A stretch of DNA of 64,000 nucleotides, taken from assembly GCF_004010195.1 (NCBI RefSeq), contig NC_057759.1, forward strand, positions 6,861,853 through 6,925,852, read 5' to 3'. Positions 12,945 through 26,533 of this stretch are shown here, in pieces. The stretch is from Chiloscyllium plagiosum. Taxonomy: Eukaryota. The translations under genes and the position numbers were made by a program. The notes below the pieces were generated by a model. It did not search any database and had not been told where the DNA came from. It worked only from the letters and a program-made list of their open reading frames with translations. Position 1 is the first letter of the stretch, and each line of letters begins with the position of its first letter.

Positions 12945-13703
12945 TCAAACAGCATCGGCAACAATGAGACCCTAGGGTGAACCAGGGCGGGCCCAATGGT
13001 GGACCTCGAGTGAGCTCAGTGCTGACCTTGTGTAGGCCCAACAGGGTGAAGATGAAGCCCAACAAACACCTCAATCAAGCCCAATGTGGAGAAGAGTGAG
13101 CTCAGCGAGGACCTCGAGTGAACCCTTCCTGACTTTTCCTGGGCGAGCACTTGACATGATATTGCAATCGCCACCTGGCGCACTGGCAAGGCAACGTCCA
13201 TTAGATTGGCTCAGCAGTGAGCTAGTGCCCACGGATAAGTGACTTCATTGTTGGATTGGTCTGGCGGTAGCAATAGTGAAGCATTGGTGGAAGGGCATCA
13301 CAGTGAAATCAATGGGGTCTGCTCAGTGGCAAGAGATGAAACTCTGGTACTGCTTGATCCACTGCAGTAGCAGCAATGCAGTTATGGAGGAGTATCGGCC
13401 CAATGGCTAATGTTGACACCAGAGGATCAGCGACTTAAAAAATTGGTTAGATCTGGTGTAGAAATGGTGAACTGATAGAAGAAGGATGGCGGGAGAGACA
13501 TCGTTAATCATGATTAGCTAGCTCAGAACTATCGGACTTTCTTCAAGGTACTCATCCTTTTGTTTTCTTTGTCTCATCCAAAATGGAATCGAATCATAGC
13601 AACGTGTGAAAGGTTTTCATTGGATTTTATTGTGTTCTAACTGAAAAGTACGCATGACAATAAATAAACAAATAATTAAATAAATAAATTCATTCATTCA
13701 TTC
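12945..13703 (+). mobile_element. Unclassified non-LTR-like repeat with an AATAAA/(ATTC)n tail
   Basis: GC-richer body than the flanks, with an internal repeat GGACCTCGAGTGA; ends CATGACAATAAATAAA..(ATTC)4. Confidence 0.4.
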
Positions 13704-15902
13704 TTTATGTTTGTTTCTTATTTTTGCAGTGGGAGTGAGAAGATCTACAGACTTACATCAGACATCTCACAATCAAGAGCCAACAGTTACAAAGCACCTA
13801 GTCAATTTAAGGGATTTCACATCCATAAATCTCAGCTGTGATACATATCTGGTCATCACTGTGTTCTTCTTTGAATTCCACATGAGCTTAAAGTAATAAT
13901 TGTAAGGCCTTCTCTTCTTTGTTTCTCGTTTCCTTTTTTTAACCACTCTCTATGAAATCTTGATTGGTTTGTAGAGTTCCAATTAGCTTTCACCATTTAA
14001 TAAATTGCTTTCTTGTGTCAACAGTCGTGTTAGGGATTATTCTGTCTAAATGATCTTTTGCTCTCGTCGCCATTATTTTTTATAGGTGTAGCAGGGTGAA
14101 AAGTGAACAGGCATCAAAGATTGACAAACTTCATCCAGAATGTGCACTTTCATAGAATCAAACCCAGGCCCCATAAAGCAGTCTATTAGAAATAATTTTA
14201 AAAAAGTACTTCCACGCAAGTTGAATGAAAATCATTGTGGCAATCTTCCTTGCCTACTTTTAACAGATTAAACTTTGCATAAATCACCATCTCTGTTGTG
14301 CAGTTCCAGACTGAATCCACATACCTGCACTTAGTCGTGAATTGTCCTAGATACATAATACACATGGAAATGCCTCATATTCCGCAAAGCCCTTCACAAT
14401 CTGTCAATAAGAAGGCTTATTGTGTTCTGTTGTACAATTGTCCACTCTTCCCGAGAAAAATTCTGCTCAGGAAATTTCATGGACAGCTTGGATTTAAAAT
14501 TGGGACTTTGAAAATATGGTGCCCTCAGATTCCAATGTAGTAAATAAAATGCCCATTAGACACGAACAAAATTAAGGATTTTATGTAGAATTCGATGTTA
14601 TTGGCCTGAATACTTCATGCCCTGCATTATGTCAGCCTATAAATGGCATTTTACTGTATTTCTGTTATTTATAGCCAAGGTTGTATATTAACAAGTTTCG
14701 TTTCGTTGTCCATTTGAAAGTTGTTACAGCAAACTAGGTCGTATGTTCCTGCAGGGTGTAAAGGGAAATCGCAATAGATACATCTTGTACTCATCTGAGG
14801 AACTCATTAAAACACCAAGTAAAAGAAAATCGACACTTAGTCTGAATATGAAGTGAGTGCTGATATTTTGAGACATTGCCGTAGGGAATGTACAAGTAAA
14901 TGATGACAGAGAGTTAACTGTCAGCTTTGTTTAAATTTTAAATAAGACAGATTGACCAAGACTTACTTAAACTGAGCAAGGAACCTTATGCTGCTGCATT
15001 TTAATAGATTACGGTATGTTTAAGAGAGGAAATTATTTAAAATTATAAGGGATGAATATCTACCACCAGATGTAGAAGTATGAATGCATTAGATAACTGG
15101 AACATTGTTTGGCATGTATGCTCAAGTCATCTCGGCTTTCAGTTCATGTGCTATACTATGTTACAGTATTTCTAGTATCACACAACTATTAGAAATTATC
15201 AAGATTATCCCGAGATCAAATATTATCATGGCGACCACTATCTACCACATTTACGTACAACTGTTCTCGCTCTCCCTCATTCCACGTATTAGCTTATGCA
15301 CGAAGTGCAGAAACATCTATTCCCTTCACTAAAAAAGAGCGTCTCCGTCTGCAACATTATATTTGAGAGAGAATTCCCTAGGATCAATACTTGTCTCCTC
15401 AGCGCAGTTCAAAATGGCCTATCTCATTATTATAAGATTCTGATTCCTCACTTTAGATGCCATGAATCCATCACATCCTCAGCCATGGCCAAAATTATCC
15501 TTCCTTCCAGACCACAGATTATTTCAGAATTGTAAACATTTAAATGAAATCCCCTTGCATCTTTCTAAAACTTGCTTAAATACAGGTTTTGGTGTCCCAA
15601 TCTCTCCTCATATGACTGACCTGCCACTGAGGGGAATCAATCCGCTGAATATTCACTCTATTTCCATTATAATAATTACGTCTGAGAGTTTTATATGACA
15701 CACACGTGATACATCTTCCTTGAAATTGAGTGTGATTGAACATTGCACACTTTTGTTACAAAACTCACCACTGTCAGTGGAGAAAGAATTAATCTGATCA
15801 TCAATAAATCATTTGCTAAATACATTTTATTTAATTGTTTCAATCAACAGATGTATTCAATATTCCACCCAGCATGCTAAATTATTAGAAGAAGATACTT
15901 AC

Positions 15903-15947
15903 TCAGGCGAACACGGCAATAATTTCAGGAGATGCAAACAAAAGTCT
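15903..15947 (-). other. Candidate 45-nt exon
   Basis: Long polypyrimidine tract, then ..CTGCAG acceptor and GTAAGT donor on the minus strand; stop-free only in phase 2 (DFCLHLLKLLPCSP). Confidence 0.4.
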
Positions 15948-17442
15948 CTGCAGTTTTGCAAAAAAAAAAGAGAAGAAAAAAGGAGGATTTGAGAGACAAA
16001 CTCTGAAGAGATTTTACCATGGAGCATCAACTTATTGCACGGATAGACATTGTAATGCTTGGTCTCTCCTAAATTGCTCGATTTTCCCGAAAACTGTTCC
16101 AGTTTTATTCGGTGACTGTTACTCCGAGTTCCAACGCATTAAAATTCTGGAGATCGTCATCAAATATGCCTCACATCAAACTATCTTTTTCAAACACCTT
16201 AGTATTCCAGAGTGCACACATCCAGGCTCAGTTATATTTTCTTATTGCTAAGTTCAATTTGCTAACGATATAGGCATGTCCTGATTTGCTACAATTCAAG
16301 ACTTGTTTTCACGACCCATTATAGAACACAAGCAATGCATTAGTTATTACTATGTTGCAGTAATTATTACTTCAAGATCTAACATCTATAAATAGTAACA
16401 AGTAAATTTTTAAATCCCAAGACACAGCTGATTGAACGAAGGGGCACTGAATTGGATTGGAAAGAGGAACTGGACGTTTTGTCCAAAAGAGACAGAAATC
16501 TGGATATTAATTTTGCAAAAACTAGTGCACAAACCAAAAGCATCTTCTTTTTGTTAATGAATAGACGAATTACAACGTACATTAAGATGAAATAAAAATC
16601 AAATATCAATGATTCATTGGAATGTTTGCTATCATCACAGTGAGAATTGTCAATCGGGTAAATTCAGACTCTCAATATTGGCACCAAACCATCAAAATTC
16701 ATATGCAGGTTGCAAATTACCAGAACGGCATAACCATTGAGATTGGGGAAGGGGTGAATAGAATACCTTGAGAGCATGCCCCCGGGAGGAAATAAAAGAT
16801 AGGCAAAGAGTCTGCTGGTGACAAACCAAGGGAGAAAAATGCTTGGTAGGGTGCGAACATAAGAGTTGAAATAAGATTGGCCACTCTAATAGCAGCCTGA
16901 ACAAGACAAGACTAAGTGCCTTGCTGTAGGCAACAAAGACGAAGATGATATTCACGTTCTTAAATTATTCAAATCAATATAAAATGCCAAAACCTGGAAG
17001 GGCCGTAATATGCATTGTTCCTTCAATGTGTTCTTTCTGGAGTTCAATAGCAGGCGTGAGACCAAAAAAAAGGTTGTTGGGAACACAGTGGTCTGTTGAC
17101 GTAGCAGACGAGTGGACGCACTTCTTTTTACAGGTAACTGTAACTGTTCTGAAAAATGGTCGCACTGTCTACATTTCATTTCCCTGATGTCGTTGAGACC
17201 ACCTCGTGAGCAGCGAAAACAGTGGGCGAGATTGAGTGCAACAGTGGCAGGTTCAGATTAGGGCCAGGTTTTTTCTCAGACAGATGCACGTATACTGCAG
17301 CTTCACATGGAAGATGTGTCTGGAATCTTGGCTACTGAGGAGACAAGATGTCGACGGAAGATGCTGCGCATTCTGTAGGTGCATGGAAAGCTATTGTAGG
17401 GTATGGATAGTTGTTGGAATTCGAAGAGAAGTGGACCATGGT

Positions 17443-18383
17443 TTTCAAAGCTTGTGAGAAGATTTGTAGCTCGGGTGCTCGTTGTTGTCGTTCTGTTCGC
17501 CGAGCTGGGAGTTTGTGTTGCAGACGTTTGGTCCCCTGTCTAGGTGACATCCTCAGTGCTTGAGAACCTCCTGTGAAGCGCTTCTGTGATGTTTCCTCCG
17601 GCATTTATAGTGATTTGTACTGCTGCTTCCGGTTGTCAGTTCCAGCTATCCACTGCAGTGGTCGGTGTATTGGGTCCAGGTCGATGTGCTTATTGATTGA
17701 ATTTGTGGATGAATGCCATGCCTCTAGGAATTCCCTGGCTGTTCTCTGTTTGGATTATCCTATAATAGTAGTGTTGTCCCAGTCGAACTCATGTTGCTTA
17801 TCATCTGAGTGTGTGGCTACTGAGGATAGCTGGTCATGTTGTTTCGTGGTTAGTTGGTGTTCATGGATGCGGATCATTAGCTGCCTTCCTGTTTGTCCTA
17901 TGTAGTGTTTTGTGCAAAACCAATGTAGTGTACAAAATCCCATGCAAGGACTGCACAAAACACTACATAGGACAAACAGGAAGACAGCTAATGATCCGCA
18001 TCCATGAACACCAACTAGCCACGAAACGACACGACCAGCTATCTTTAATAGCCACACACTCAGATGACAAGCAACATGAGTTCGACTCAGACAACACTAC
18101 TATTATAGGACAAGCCAAACGGAGAACAGCCAGGGAATTCCTAGAGGCATGGCATTCATCCACAGATTCAATCAATAAGCACATCGACCTGGACCCAATA
18201 AACCGACCGCTGCAGCGGACAGCTGGAACTGACAACCGGAAGCGGGATTCAAATCACTATAAATGCCGGAGGAAACATCACAGAAGCGCTTCACAGGAGG
18301 CTCCCAAGCACTGAGGATGTCACCCAGACAGGGGACGAAACGTCTGCAACACAAATTCCCAGCTTGGCGAACAGAAACACAAC
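17443..18383. mobile_element. Penelope-like (Poseidon-type) inverted-repeat insertion carrying the GIY-YIG region (family 3)
   Basis: Arms 17443-17916 (-) and 17917-18383 (+). The + arm encodes KTNVVYKIPCKDCTKHYIGQTGRQLMIRIHEH..REFLEAWHS..IN. 13-bp TSD AGTGGACCATGGT at 17430-17442 and 18384-18396. Confidence 0.93.
18308..18347 (+). ncRNA. Minimal hammerhead ribozyme motif (PLE-associated)
   Basis: GCA-CTGAGGA-TGTCACCCAGACAGGGGAC-GAAA-CGTC-TGC: conserved core, 3-bp helix I (GCA/TGC), palindromic ACGT helix III and a GUC cleavage triplet. Confidence 0.75.
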
Positions 18384-19254
18384 AGTGGACCATGGTGTCT
18401 GAGATGAAATGGTCTCCTTGGAATGCTGGCATGCGAGAAAGACGAAAATGGTTATGCAGTGGCATCCCGCGGGAGGTGGTGGGCATAGCAACTTTTTCTC
18501 CTTCGTATACAGATGTGCTGAAAGTGAGGAGCAGGGAACACGATCATTGTAGCGGGAGGTGAAGGAAGATGTGAGGGCAAATACATGGGTAAAGGCTCGG
18601 AGATAGCTCAGTTGCCTGTCGTCGTGTTAGCTGGAGTGACAAAAAAAATCACGTTTCTGAGCCACACCTAGACAAGGTAGCATCTTCAAAGCAGATGCAA
18701 TGGAGATGGAGAAATGGAATGGAATGTTGCCCTTAGACGAAACCAAGTGTGAGGTTGTAAAGCTCAGGACGTTGTGCCATTCAATGTGTTAGTAATCATA
18801 TTCCTGGTCAGCCTATTCTTGGTACAGAAACAGAGATCATAAGAAAGAAAACTGAGGCTTTCGAGATTAACGAGGTGATCGTGATCATGGTGGAAATTAA
18901 CAACTTGTTTTCTGCAATTCCACACGACAGAGGGAAGTGGAACAAGTCATCCAATTGATGTACTGGAGGAAGAGATTTGGGGAGGCACCCAAGTAGAATT
19001 AGAAGGAGGAATCTTCCACAAAATAGACAAAACAAAATTGGACAGAGCTGGCATCAATTCTGGTGCTCAGCCAAACCATTGAATTGAAGAAAGTTTCGCA
19101 AGTTAGAATAGAGCTTATTAAAGGTGAGGACAAAAGCGGCAGGATGGAGGAAGATGCTGACCAGTGGGTTTGGGTCAGGTCTTCTCGTATTTTTAGTTTT
19201 CTACTTTAATATCTTTGGAACATAGACTTTATAATTAATCAATTATAACTAAAT

Positions 19255-21490
19255 TAGGAGCAACAGGGCTATCAAGCAAAGACTGGAGTGCATTAGATAT
19301 TAATGAGACCATTTGTGTGGAGAGCCAGAAGATGTGGGTGCGGTCTCAAATGATTATTTTACAATTGTATTCACAAATGAGAAAAAAGAAGCATTGTAGT
19401 TGGAGCTTTAAGTTGGGATAATGGGATTATAGAACATGTAAAGATTGATAAGATGTAAATATTAAATATTTTAGTGAACACGATGTTGCATAAATCTCCA
19501 GAACCTGATCAGATGCATCCCACTGATAGGGAGAGCAGGTAAGAAGATTCCTGGGGCTCTGACCGACATATTTAGTATGTTGTAGGGCACGTTTGAATTG
19601 CCAGATGACTTCAGGACAACTAACGTGTTTTCTTTATTCAGGAATGGCAGCAGGAATAAAACATGTAATTTCGGACGTCTAGGAAACGTGTTTTAAAAAT
19701 TCTGAGGGATGAGGTTAATGAACAATAGGAATTGTAGAAATTGATCAGAGATATTCAGCAATGATTTGTTCGATAGTAATTCTGTCTGAAAAATTTAATA
19801 GAACTTTTTTTTGAAAAGGTGTCTAGATATATTAATGAAGACAGTGCAGTTGATGTGGTTTATATGGATTTCAGTAAAGCCTTTGACAAGATCACAAATA
19901 GAAGGCTGTTTTAAAGGCTAAAGATCAGTGGGATTCGTTTGGATACGTTTTAGATCCAAAGTTGGTTTGCAAACAGGAGATAAAAAGTGACGTTAGAGGG
20001 TTATTTTTGTTTATTGAAGCTATTGAACAGTGGTGAACAATAGGGATCATTGCTGGAATTTTACTGTTTGTTATGCATATTATGCATATTTTGGACGCGA
20101 CCAAAAATGTGATTAGTAATTTGCAGGTGACAAGAAAATTGTTGATTCTTTTGATAGAGAGCAGAATTGTCTCATGCTACAGTTTTGATATTGATCAGAC
20201 GGTAAATTGGACAGAACGATGGCAGATGACATTTAATCCCGATTACTGTGCACTCATATACGTTGGGAATTCACACAGGGAAAGATATGCACATTGATTG
20301 ATAGGTCTGTAGGATGTACTGAGAAATGGATATTTGTGTTCAAGTTCATAGATCCTGCGGGTGCTTGGGTGAACAGGGCACTGAGGAAGGAAAATGGAAG
20401 GCATATGTTTATTAGCTAGTCATAGAATAAACAATTGATGAAATCCTGTTACAGCTTTATAAAACATTGCTTAGATCACAGACAGAATGTTATGAGCAAT
20501 TTTGGTCGCCATCCAATCATGAATGCATTAGAAAGGGTGCAAATGAGACTCGCCAGGTTGTCAAGGGTGGAAAGCTGCAGTTGTAAGGAGTGGCTGGATT
20601 GATTAGGTTGGTGTTCCTTGAAGCAGGTGAGACTTGTGAAGATGCTGTCATCTTAACAAGGTTACATTATCTTTGGGATTATTTCAAGAGTGGGCGTAAA
20701 ATCAGATGTCGAAATGTTTCAGAAAGAGGCTAGATTAACAATGCCAGGGGAACGGCCAGTTTTCCCAGTTCAGGTTTATTCTAATTTTGTTTTAGTTGCA
20801 ACAATATTCTGATGCATTCCAGAATATTTATGGAATGTTGTGGGAATTGTAACAGCTTCTTCCTTAAGTTGCCTTAACGAGTCAGTTGGGTTTGCAAATG
20901 GTTAAGTTATTCTAAATTCTGTTTTATTTTCTTTGTATTTCAATTGTCGTGCTTAAATCAATTCTGTTTTGCTGCAAGTTCAGTGCTTTGAGCAGCTGCA
21001 TCACTCCACATATCCACTTCACAGTTACCTTTTATATAATAAAACGATTGGGTCAAGATTACCCGTTTAAAATACTTTCAGGCACCTTGGCCTAATTCAT
21101 AACAAGCTGAGCAGGTGTCTGACTGAAGTATACTAAATGACGTGGTGCATAGGCAAGATGGATCGTGAGAATCTTTTGTTCTGAACAGGCGTTCCTAAGA
21201 TTAGATAGTATAATTTTAAAATGAGGAGTTATTGTTATAGAGGGCATCTGAGTAAGTAAAAAACACATTCATACAGTGGTTAAAAATATAGAAAGTGCTG
21301 CCTGAGAGAGAATTGGAAGAAGGCACTCTTGTAATATTTGAGAAGCATTTGGACTGGCACTTCGAATGCCAGAGCATAGCAGAGTATTAAACAAGTGGGA
21401 TTTGTACAGTTCGGCGATTTTTTTGGTTGGCAATTATATGATAGACTGAAGGACCTATTCCTGTGACTCATGACACCATGACTCTATAAA
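19255..21490 (+). mobile_element. Degenerate CR1 LINE (RT to 3' tail), interrupted by a solo LTR
   Basis: GATGTGGTTTATATGGATTTCAGTAAAGCCTTTGACAAG (DVVYMDFSKAFDK); tail GACTCATGACACCATGACTCTA. Confidence 0.8.
20646..21104 (+). mobile_element. Probable solo LTR
   Basis: TGTCA...CATAACA termini; the 3' end TGGCCTAATTCATAACA resembles the end of the solo LTR at 48221; it interrupts the CR1 sequence. Confidence 0.55.
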
Positions 21491-21832
21491 TAGACCATTA
21501 CACTGAATATCCTGCATGCTGTTATTAAAATAAGAGAATTGTCTCACGATATTATGACAATTGTATCGAGACGGTTTAGAGTTTGTCGCATTCATTTGTA
21601 TTCAGGATAAACTGGATATTTTTTCCAAATTGGTGAAGTGAGGCAGAAAATTAAACAATGTGAAATTGTGATACTGCATGTCTCCTCGATCTAACGGAAG
21701 AAATGGACTCTTTCTCAACTCTGAAACTGCGACTGATCGCTTTAAAAATAATCATAGTCATTTCGGGAATCTGAATGAGAGATAAATGGAGAGTGCGTGG
21801 AAAATGAAGACGTCTCCACTGCTGACACTCAC

Positions 21833-21850
21833 AAACTGAAAGGGTAATAT
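21833..21850 (-). other. Candidate 18-nt micro-exon
   Basis: ctcacttacAG|ATATTACCCTTTCAGTTT|GTGAGT; frame-preserving, phase 1-1 reading xITLSV. Confidence 0.3.
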
Positions 21851-24500
21851 CTGTAAGTGAGACAGCTAAACATGCATTATTCTTGCTCAAAACTGAGAAA
21901 AATGAAAACTTTCGAATAAGTAAAAATGTGGCATTTAAATGTGGATTAAAAACATTCAGGACGTCTTAATGGATAACCGGGCAATCATAGATCAGTCCTT
22001 TCACCACCTGGTTTGCATTTGTAAACTGTTCCATTACTTATGAACAGTCATTGATAATTTATGTTTGACTGCCAATTCGTAATGATGCTTTATCTATTCA
22101 CGTTTCTGACTTAATTTGTGCACTGCTTTAACGAATAACATGCAGAATGACTATTCAGACATCATTTCGGCTACAGATTTTAAATTTTGAATTATATTCA
22201 TTATTATGCTACTATCGAAATTTTCAAAATCTCATGTATAGATTGAATGCATTTATCTTTAAAAATTCTTATTTAAAATTTTACCATGGATTTATGGTAA
22301 TTACATGAGTTAATGGAGGAATTCGCACAAAAGTAGCAAACAGCCAATCAGTACTAAAACAGTCTTTATGTCCTACGTAAACTGTACATAGTTAGGAATT
22401 GACACCCACTGAACAGTTTATCAAACTGATCAGGGAGAGGATTGAGCAAAATATCCCAAATTAAAGAGCGTACCAAGAGCTCTAATGAGGCAGATGCTGT
22501 GAAAACTGTCAGTGGAAGGAAAACTACTGATTTGGGTTTGGGTGTGGAGGACTGAATATATGTGTTTGTGTGCCTTGTGCAAATCATGTATGCCTCTGCT
22601 TTGTCATTGTTCAAACGTGATTCGAGAATCCAAACGTGATTGATAGTTGAATACTTTGCTTTATTTAGGCCTATTCTTTGAGACAATAACACCTAACTGG
22701 ACTGTTATGTTGGACAGGAATTCGGATAACATTCAAAAAACAGATTTGACTTCAATGAAAGCATTATTTGAAGGCTGTCTCCACAAATATGCGCAGAAAC
22801 AAACGCCAAAACTTGTCAGGCATGTTGTCAAATGCAGAACATTACACAATTTATTAGATACAGATAACTATTATTGCAATCAAGGCAATGCAAAATAATG
22901 TATTCTATGTCAACCTCGAAGTTAACATTCTAAAATGGTTACCTTTGCTAACACAATCTCATGTCTCATACGTTGCATAATATATCAGAAATTATCAGAC
23001 AGTTCCCGTTCCAGTATTTCAATGCAGCACAATCATTGATTTAAATCATGTCTATATGAACTATTATGTACGTTATCAGTTTTATCATCATGCCCTAATA
23101 CATCACATCTTGCCAGACTCTTTGCTGGCCTGCCTGTATCTAGCACAAAACATGCCCTCTATGCAACATGGATTTTAAAGCGAACATAAAATTGACAAAA
23201 GAAAATGTCAGAAAACCATCCGACACAAATATCAAACAACCTAAACTATTTGTTAAGTTACATAGAATCATTATTCTATATCAAAATTATGGAAGATATC
23301 AAAAAACTAAAAGCATTGAGTTGGTTTGAGAGGACGAAGAAGATTGATGAAGGTAGAGAGATAGACTTTGTCTTTTCGGCTTTAGCAAAGCTTTTGCCAT
23401 GGTTCTACGTGGTTGACTGTTTAGCAATATTAGATCGCGTAGGATTCAGGGGGAGCTAACCATTTGGATATACAATTGGCTTGGAGATAGGAGACAGAGA
23501 GTGGTGAGAAGAGAGATTGTTTATCTGACTGGACGTCTGTGACAAGTGATGCGCCACAAGAGTCTCAGCTGGGTCCATTTTTTTGTCATTTATATAAATG
23601 CTTTGGATGTGAATATCGAGGTATGATTAGAAAGTTTGCAGATTAATCCAAAATTTGTGATACAGTGGAGAGAGATGAAGGTTACCTCAGAGCAGAATTG
23701 GATCTTGATCAGATAGGCAAATGGGCAGTGGAGTAGCAGATGGAGATTACTTTCGAAATAGAGTCATAAAGTGATAAAGTCATAGAGTCATAGATTCCTC
23801 AAGCACAGAGACAGGGCCTTCGGTCTAAACTGGTTCATGCTTATCAAACTGTCCACCCACGCAACCCCGTTTTCCTTGGCCCATATTATTCTAACCATTG
23901 CCTATCCGTGCATGTGCCTTTTAAACTGTGTTAATTTACCCACCTGAACCACTTCCATTGACAGTTAATTCCATATTTGTACGACCCTCTGTGTAAAAAG
24001 TTGCCTCTCAGGTTTCTTTTTATTCTTTTCCACTCTAAACTTAAACTGATGTCCTCTAGTCTTTGATTCCCTAACCCCGGGGAAAATAAAACTGTTTGCA
24101 TTCACTCTATCCATACCTCCCATGATCTTATACAGTTGTATAAGATTAACCCTCAGTCTTCTAAGCTCTAACTAAAATAAGAGGCAATACAAATCAGGGC
24201 AGCACTTACAGAATTAATGGTATCGTCCTTGGGAGTGTTGCCAAACAGAGAGCCCTTGGCCTGTAGTTTTATGCATCTTTGAAACTGGACTTGAAAATAC
24301 ACATGGCAGACAGCAAGGTGATTGATATGTTTGCCCTTATTAATCACTTTATTGAGCATAGGTGATTGCGGATCACGTTGTGGCAGTGTATGACATTGGT
24401 TTGGCCACTTTTAGAATAATGCTTTCACATCTCTTTACTGTCAGAAAGATTCTACAGAACTTGAAATGGTTCAGAAAGATTTAAACGAATGCTGCCAGAG

Positions 24501-24857
24501 ATGATTTGGAGATGCCGGTGTTGGACTGGGGTGTACAAAGTTAAAAATCACACAACACCAGGTTATAGTCCAACAGGTTTAATTGGAAGCACACTAGCTT
24601 TCGGAGCGACGCTCCTTCATCAGGTGATTGTGGAGGGCTCGATCGTAACACAGAATTTATAGCAAAAATTTGCAGTGTGATGTAACTGAAATTATACGTT
24701 GAAAAATTGATTGTCTGTTTAGCCTTTCATCTGTTAGAATACAGTGATAGTTTCACTTCTTTCATGTGTAAATCACAACACCATTTTTTTTTAAAAGTGG
24801 CATTCTCGGGTTAGCTGTTAACAATGGTGATAGCTAGACAATATGTTGAAGGTATTA
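24501..24857 (-). mobile_element. Penelope-like element 3' terminus (family 2)
   Basis: Terminal sequence shared with 9700-10156 and 51436-51540; contains an intact hammerhead core; inserted in a CR1. Confidence 0.65.
24592..24626 (-). ncRNA. Minimal hammerhead ribozyme motif
   Basis: Reverse complement CAC-CTGATGA-A-GGAGC-GTC-GCTCC-GAAA-GCTA-GTG: perfect 5-bp helix II, 3-bp helix I (CAC/GTG) and palindromic AGCT helix III. Confidence 0.8.
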
Positions 24858-24865
24858 GTGTGTGT

Positions 24866-24909
<44 letters not shown>
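24858..24909 (+). repeat. (TG)n microsatellite
   Basis: About 25 TG units with one interruption. Confidence 0.97.
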
Positions 24910-24910
<1 letters not shown>

Positions 24911-26504
24911 AGTGATGTACACTTTCACCTAAGGGGAGAGGCTGGAAATATACTGGGGCCTTTTTCCCTGCAGCATCACAGGCTAAAAGAGGTTCTTATA
25001 CAGGTTTACAAAATCATGAAGGGCGTGAAGAGAATGAGTACCTAAAATCTTTATTTTCCAAGGTATGGGAGTCTAAACTACACAGCATAGGGTTAAGGTG
25101 TAAGTTGAAAAGATTTAAAAGGGAAGAAAGGGGCAATATTTTCCTGCCGAGCGTGGCAGTTTATGGATGAGCTGCCAGAGGAAGTGGTGCAGGCTGGTTC
25201 AATTAATGCATTTTAAAGACATCTCAATGAGTCGACGAATACGATGGGTTTGGAGAGATATGGGTCAAGCGCTGACAAATATGTCTGGGTTAATTTGGAA
25301 TATCTGGTCAGTATAGACGAGATGGACTGAAGGGTTTGTTTCCAATTTAATTATATATTTCCTAAATCAGGGTGATCAGAACTGCACACAGTACTCGAGA
25401 AGCAGTCTCACCCAAACTCCGGTACAAACTTAACATGTCGTCTCAATTTCTATATTCAAAGATAAGATCGACAAAAAACAGCATGCGAAACGGCTTCTCT
25501 ACCACCCTGTCTCCGTGTGACACACATTTAAAAGAATTATGTATCTGAACCTCCAGATCTCTCTGTTCTACAACACTACCCATGGCCTTGCCATGAATTA
25601 CACTTCTTGCAAGTTAATTGACAGACATGGACAGAGACTTTGTCTGTTTGGAATGGTGACCGAGTAGGGATCATGATTGCGTACGCCAGGTAATTCATCT
25701 GGAACTTTGTAAAATTTTAGCATGCTTGCCTCACTAGTAAGTATGCTCAGCATAAGAGTTGGTATGCAATTTTGGAGCTGTACAAATTGGAAATCTGGAA
25801 ATCTGGCCCAATTTGGAAATCTGTGAGCAATTCTCTAACCCTTCTATATAACGAATATTCAATTTTGGGGGCTGTTGAAAAGATTTACATGGATGTGACA
25901 GGCGCTGGGGAAATTGAACGACTGGAGAGGCTGAATAGGTGGCTTTTATCCTGGAGAGTCAGAATCTGAGGGGTAACTTTACAGAGGTTTATAATTTCAC
26001 GAGGGGCATTCATAGTGTGAATAGCTGAGGAGTTTTTATTCCTCGGGTGGAGAAATCTAGTAAGAGGCAACAGGTTTAAGTTGAGAGGGGAAAGACTGAG
26101 AAAGGACCTCAGAACAATTTTTTTTCATGTTGAGGTTATAGTGTGTATGGAACTGGAGGAGCTAATGTAGGAAATGTATAACATGGGAAAGACATCTGCA
26201 AGAGTCCATGAGTACGGAAGGTTTAGGGAGATTCTGTATATAACAAATGCTGGCAAATGGGATTATGTTGACCAGTGTGGATTAATTGGACAGAACGGTT
26301 TGTTTCCCAGCTGTACTACACTATGGCTATATAAAATGCAACTGTTTAACTGGAATTTATGACTTCAATAAGTGTATGTAACAAAAGTTATCAGTTGAGA
26401 ACTGTAGAATGATGAATCTCTCTCACACTCCTTTGTATAATGTCAAATTGATGGACGTGTTCTATGTTTTATTATCAAGCAGCAATCTCTTCATCGTATC
26501 TTAC

Positions 26505-26533
26505 GACGCAATACAATCAATCAGAATCATCAC
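26505..26533 (-). other. Candidate 29-nt exon downstream of the intact Ig exon
   Basis: ttctcttttgacAG|GTGATGATTCTGATTGA..GTC|GTAAGA; if spliced to the Ig exon it reads RDDSD-stop. Confidence 0.3.

Larger units (their letters stand above)
16690..19190 (-). mobile_element. Old degenerate Penelope-like element (RT + GIY-YIG), interrupted by a younger one
   Basis: Minus-strand remnants align by eye to PLE motifs: FVLTFNKLYSN (LVLTLNNFSFN), HQLDD (YIDD), VFFLMISVS (LPFLDLSVS), PAFQGDHFISDTMVH, HCFRCSRGGL..REMKCRQCDHFSEQ (GIY-YIG) and LKEQ..FYIDLNNLR. Confidence 0.7.
23300..26335. mobile_element. Cluster of degenerate CR1 fragments (+ 23300-23760, - 23760-24165, + 24170-25345, - 25355-25610, + 25690-26335)
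   Basis: RT motifs (AAGTTTGCAGAT, GCGCCACAAG), repeated CR1 3' UTRs and (TAGAGTCA)n tails. Confidence 0.75.

Noticed and set aside
13730..13896. Plus-strand acceptor plus ORF PTVTKHLVNLRDFTSINLSC resembling an Ig N-terminus
   Set aside because: No second cysteine motif and no convincing donor; similarity too weak.
16379..16609. Signal-peptide-like MLLVCALVFAKLISRFLSLL
   Set aside because: AT-rich sequence readily gives hydrophobic translations; no donor site or linked exon was found.
22366..22692. 108-aa minus-strand ORF with a mildly hydrophobic stretch (possible TM exon)
   Set aside because: No clear splice sites, charged residues inside the stretch, and no recognisable motif.
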